From the NCBI GenBank assembly GCA_965140445.1, contig OZ223236.1, positions 480,001 to 544,000 on the forward strand: a stretch of 64,000 nt of DNA, read 5' to 3'. Numbering within the stretch: the stretch's first letter is position 1; every line of letters starts with the position of its first letter. This document shows, in pieces, positions 60,444-64,000 of the stretch. Below the pieces are notes generated by a model. That model did no database searches, was not told the DNA's origin, and saw nothing but the letters and a program-made list of their open reading frames with translations. The position numbers and the translations under genes were made by a program. The DNA is from Candidatus Ozemobacteraceae bacterium (GTDB lineage: Bacteria > Muiribacteriota > Ozemobacteria > Ozemobacterales > Ozemobacteraceae).

Positions 60444-62063
60444 ATGAATAGAAATTCGTTGTTTTTTCTTTTATGCTTATTAGCCTTTAGCAGTTCCGTT
60501 TTTGGGCAATACGTTTTGACCGTTGATGACTGGCAGAAAAAAATTGATGAATTAGAAGTTAGAAAAAGCGAATTAATAAATAGTAAAGATTATAGTAACT
60601 ATCTAAATCTTAAGTTTGAAATTGAATGTGAAAAAAAGAAAATTGAAAAAGAGAATGAAACTATTAAAGAAATAGATGGCGAAATTAGTGGGTATTTAAG
60701 CGCTATAGATTATTTTCTTAAATATGTAACCAACCCAGGGACTCACGCTCCTGAAGATCAAATAGCCCGTTGGAAAATTGAGAAGGAAACATATGATGCT
60801 AATGTCGCTTTAATGGCAGCGGCTGAAGCTAAAAAAGACTTGCCTCTCGCAGCAATTGCAGCCAGTGAAGCACAAATTGAGTCTCTGACAAGCGCACAAA
60901 AAGTATATGAAGCTGGTTACTTAGGGGCTAAAATTGGAATTGAAGAATTACAGAGTACTATTGGAGCATACGAAAAAGCTATTGACGATTTGAATGGCCT
61001 GGTGGTTGTGGATATACCAAATACTTTGGAAACTTATCAAAATGACCCTGTTGCTACTTCAGATCTTTATGACCCATCTGCTCAGTATAGAAATAGGAAC
61101 AATGATAGCCCAGAGGTAGATGTGCCTGTTGCTGACGAAAACGAGGCCCCATTTGAGGTTATAAATGGAGACGATCCTGCAACTACTCCAGCTCCTGCAA
61201 CTACTCCAGCTCCTTCGACTACTCCAGCTCCTTCGACTACCCCAGCTCCTTCGACTACCCCAGCTCCTTCGACTACTCCAGCTCCTGCAACTACTCCAGC
61301 TCCTGCTGCTGGAGAAAGCTATACTGTTGTATCAGGAGACAGTCTCTCTAAGATTGCAAGAAAACTTCTTGGTGATGGATCAAGGTGGCCAGAGCTGGTT
61401 GAGTTAAACAAAGATAAATATCCTTCTATAGAAAAAAACCCAAATCTAATTTATGCCGGATGGGATCTAACTGTGCCTGGTGACACCAATGGAAGTGCTT
61501 CCAATAGCGGAAGTTCAACCCCATCCGCAACGACAGAATTAACTCCACAAGAAAAAGCTGACAAAGCTTTTAAAACTTATGAAAATAAGTATCAACTTTA
61601 CGCACATATAAGTGGGGTGTCTGATGAAATTAGATCGAATATAAAACAAGAAATGATTGCTGCAGAACAAGCTTACAAGGACGCTTGCAGCGCTGCAGGA
61701 ATTACTCCCAAGCTTTTTACAATTTCTGGCACTGTTACTATTTCTACCCAATCTTCAACCTCAACAGATACTCCACAAAGCAATGTAGATGCGGCTCTTG
61801 AGAGCTATAAAAGTAAATATAATAGTTACAAGAATGTTGGCGGAATTAGTGATTCAGATAGGGAAAACCTCAGACTTGAAATGATAGCAGCAGAGATTGC
61901 ATATCAAAGAGCTTGTGATGCCGCGGGATTAACTCCAAGTCTGCTTACTACCGCTTCAGAAAGATTGGTAACACCTCCGACAACAACCACTCCAACTGCC
62001 CCTCCAGATGAATTCTATGAAAATGTGCCTTCAACTGCAGGGGATGATTACAATAATATGTAA
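60444..62063 (+). CDS. Secreted LysM protein with coiled coil, Pro/Thr linker and duplicated C-terminal domain
   Basis: Signal peptide after GGAGG RBS; YTVVSGDSLSKIA..LG.G.RW..L..NK..NPNLIY.G..L.VP LysM. Confidence 0.88.
   Translation: MNRNSLFFLLCLLAFSSSVFGQYVLTVDDWQKKIDELEVRKSELINSKDYSNYLNLKFEIECEKKKIEKENETIKEIDGEISGYLSAIDYFLKYVTNPGTHAPEDQIARWKIEKETYDANVALMAAAEAKKDLPLAAIAASEAQIESLTSAQKVYEAGYLGAKIGIEELQSTIGAYEKAIDDLNGLVVVDIPNTLETYQNDPVATSDLYDPSAQYRNRNNDSPEVDVPVADENEAPFEVINGDDPATTPAPATTPAPSTTPAPSTTPAPSTTPAPSTTPAPATTPAPAAGESYTVVSGDSLSKIARKLLGDGSRWPELVELNKDKYPSIEKNPNLIYAGWDLTVPGDTNGSASNSGSSTPSATTELTPQEKADKAFKTYENKYQLYAHISGVSDEIRSNIKQEMIAAEQAYKDACSAAGITPKLFTISGTVTISTQSSTSTDTPQSNVDAALESYKSKYNSYKNVGGISDSDRENLRLEMIAAEIAYQRACDAAGLTPSLLTTASERLVTPPTTTTPTAPPDEFYENVPSTAGDDYNNM
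61176..61301 (+). repeat. Coding 18-bp tandem repeat x7 (P[AS]TTPA)
   Basis: CCT(GCA/TCG)ACTAC(T/C)CCAGCT, seven contiguous units. Confidence 0.95.
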
Positions 62064-62151
62064 GGCCTTTAATAAAATTGATTCTTATACTAAATTGTTA
62101 CAAAGTGATTATCAAAATCAAATATTTCAGAGTTTTGCAGGAGCATTATAA

Positions 62152-62988
62152 ATGAATCGATTAAAAGTGTTTGCCGGGATTTTATTGCTAGCAGCCGTAT
62201 TTAACTCCAATTTGTTAGCAGGATTAGAACTCCCCTCTGGAAAAATCTTATTTGTTGTAACTGAAAAAGCGGGTGTGACCTATCTGGCTGCTTCTGACCC
62301 TTTTGGCAAAGAAATAGTTCCGATTTCACCTAAATACAATAATATAATGTATCCAAGGGTTTGCCATGCTACCGCAATGATCGGTTTTACCAACAAAAAA
62401 AAGAACATGAATTCAGAAGTTTATCTTATAGATCTTAAGGCTAAAAAAGCTTTTAAGATTCTTGATGGTGCAGCTTTTGAAGGTTTTTCCCCAAATGGAA
62501 AATTCATTCTTTATACAAGCTGTACTTCTGAAGCTGGACTTTATTTGTATAACATCGAAACAAAGAGTTCTAAACTTGTATCCAAGGCTGATATTATCAG
62601 CGCCAGTTGGTCTAAAGACAATAAGTGGATTGCTGCATCTGTTTTGACTAAGAGTGGAAAAACTGACCTTATTAAAATTTCCCTGGCAAATTTTAAAACT
62701 GAAAAGATAACTAATACAGCTACCATTAACGAATCATTTCCAGTGTTTACAGCCGATGGAAGATACATGGCTTTTTGCATAGGTCGCGATAGAAATAATA
62801 GAGTGGCATTTTTTGATATAGAAAAAAAATCTATTTATGAAACTCCTATGGCCGGCAGGAATCCCTCCGCCTCACCAGATAACAAATGGGTTGTTTTTGA
62901 AAATAACAATAGCATTTGCATTGGTGATAAAGATGGAAAGCGTGTTCACAAAGTAGCAGCAGGGAAAACACCAATTTGGTTTAACTAA
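62152..62988 (+). CDS. TolB-like (PD40) beta-propeller protein
   Basis: Signal peptide; FSPNGK, WSKDNK, FTADGR and ASPDNK repeats. Confidence 0.85.
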   Translation: MNRLKVFAGILLLAAVFNSNLLAGLELPSGKILFVVTEKAGVTYLAASDPFGKEIVPISPKYNNIMYPRVCHATAMIGFTNKKKNMNSEVYLIDLKAKKAFKILDGAAFEGFSPNGKFILYTSCTSEAGLYLYNIETKSSKLVSKADIISASWSKDNKWIAASVLTKSGKTDLIKISLANFKTEKITNTATINESFPVFTADGRYMAFCIGRDRNNRVAFFDIEKKSIYETPMAGRNPSASPDNKWVVFENNNSICIGDKDGKRVHKVAAGKTPIWFN

Positions 62989-63040
62989 CTTTTAAATCTC
63001 CCAAATGACTCCGTGACTGAGTTTAAATAAGTCACAAACT

Positions 63041-63081
63041 GCCTTTTCAAAGTTTCAGACAAATTTTGAAAAGGCCTTTTT
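63041..63081 (+). terminator. Probable terminator between convergent genes
   Basis: GCCTTTTCAAA...TTTGAAAAGGC followed by CTTTTT. Confidence 0.55.
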
Positions 63082-63106
63082 AATTTAGATGGTTTAGAGG
63101 GGTGTG

Positions 63107-63460
63107 TTAGTTGTTTCTTAAAAAATCGAGAGCTTCTTCTAGACTTGCTGCTGATTGGGCAATAGGAAAAACTCCAGTAAGTTTGAAAAGTCTTTGTTGA
63201 AGAGCATTAATTCCGGTTACTACTGCGCTTCCATCGTAGTCCTGTACAATCATCAGGATGACATCAAGAAGTTCTCCCAAGCCAAGACTATTAATCAATT
63301 CACACTTTGAAAGATCAAAAACAATCTTATTTTTATCCTGGTCACAGAGATTACAAATTTCGTCGCCCATGCCTTCAAGAGTTTCATCATTGCAATAATG
63401 CTGAAGATAAACAACTGGGAATTCCTGATCCATTGAAACCTGAAATGCAACTTTACTCAT
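63107..63460 (-). CDS. STAS-domain anti-sigma factor antagonist
   Basis: IVFDLSKCELINSLGLG (phospho-acceptor Ser retained), RLFKLTG, SLEEAL. Confidence 0.9.
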   Translation of the reverse strand: MSKVAFQVSMDQEFPVVYLQHYCNDETLEGMGDEICNLCDQDKNKIVFDLSKCELINSLGLGELLDVILMIVQDYDGSAVVTGINALQQRLFKLTGVFPIAQSAASLEEALDFLRNN

Positions 63461-63611
63461 CTTTTGCTCCAAATTTTCTCACTAAAATAATTCTACTTTT
63501 GGGTAAAAGGCCGACTACGATCTTAAGCATACTTTATTTCATCGAAAGTCGACAACTATAAAAGTGAAAAAAAGAGCACGAAGTCAAATATTGGTTATTA
63601 CCGAATAGAAG

Positions 63612-64000
63612 TTATCTTTTTTCCAGATTTCTAAAGGAGTCTTCAGCTTCCCCAATTTTAGATAATTCTGCTTCTGGAGCATCTTGATCAGTTTTGCCTG
63701 GACTAGACACTATTGCCCCTTTGCTGTTTAAAGCATATTCAGGGTATTTCTTTAAGATCGTCTCAAAAGCTTCTACTGCTTTTTCTCTTTCTAATTTGAG
63801 CGCTTCAATTTTTGCTGGTGGAGTTTGTGAGTTTAAAAGTGCGGAAAAATAAGCATTGTCAGCCGCGAAAGCTTTTTTAGCTAGTGACAAAACTTTTGTG
63901 GCAATGCTGTTTAAATTCATGTTTTCTTCAGAATTCGTTTTTTGCATGGCCAGATGTTTTTCATTGGCAATTTTTTTAACATGCTTCATTTGGGCAATTG
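63612..64000 (-). CDS. Hypothetical protein (partial, start beyond right edge)
   Basis: Frame stays open from 63989 to the window end. Confidence 0.6.
   Translation of the reverse strand, partial: IAQMKHVKKIANEKHLAMQKTNSEENMNLNSIATKVLSLAKKAFAADNAYFSALLNSQTPPAKIEALKLEREKAVEAFETILKKYPEYALNSKGAIVSSPGKTDQDAPEAELSKIGEAEDSFRNLEKR

Noticed and set aside
61165..61407. Leu/Gln-rich ORF; tandem repeat as possible CRISPR
   Set aside because: It is an alternate frame of the coding 18-bp repeat; there are no spacers and no cas genes.
63490..63560. GCCGACTA / GTCGAC as sigma-28 promoters near the STAS gene
   Set aside because: No properly spaced -35 element in a useful orientation.

Overview
AT-rich bacterial chromosomal window spanning the probable replication origin. 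oriC lies upstream of dnaA at about 15.5-15.75 kb, and genes point away from it on both sides. The gene families (many pseudopilin triplets, HEAT proteins, giant HAMP-cyclases, LptD-like barrel, Alu-type SRP RNA) suggest a poorly studied diderm lineage such as Candidatus Riflebacteria; this is inference only. Left arm: dnaA-dciA(DUF721)-remB(DUF370)-gyrB-gyrA-ftsB, a tRNA(Ser,Ser,Arg-GCG,Ser)-SRP RNA operon, dnaX, a structured intergenic region with DnaA boxes, an FlgM-like gene and a TPR protein. Right arm: accB-lpd-degenerate hom-aspartokinase-lptD-like, rpiB-upp-dCMP deaminase-murA-HEAT-rhomboid, four giant class III nucleotide cyclases, an organoarsenical-type ars operon, Prx/PerR, two divergent pseudopilin triplets and a CHASE2-PP2C/FecR/LysM/TolB-like/STAS cluster. 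The strongest novelty candidate is the cyclase array. It forms two translationally coupled gene pairs whose members have lost complementary catalytic residues, predicting obligate heterodimeric (mammalian C1/C2-like) bacterial adenylyl cyclases. No CRISPR array, rRNA or mobile element was seen.
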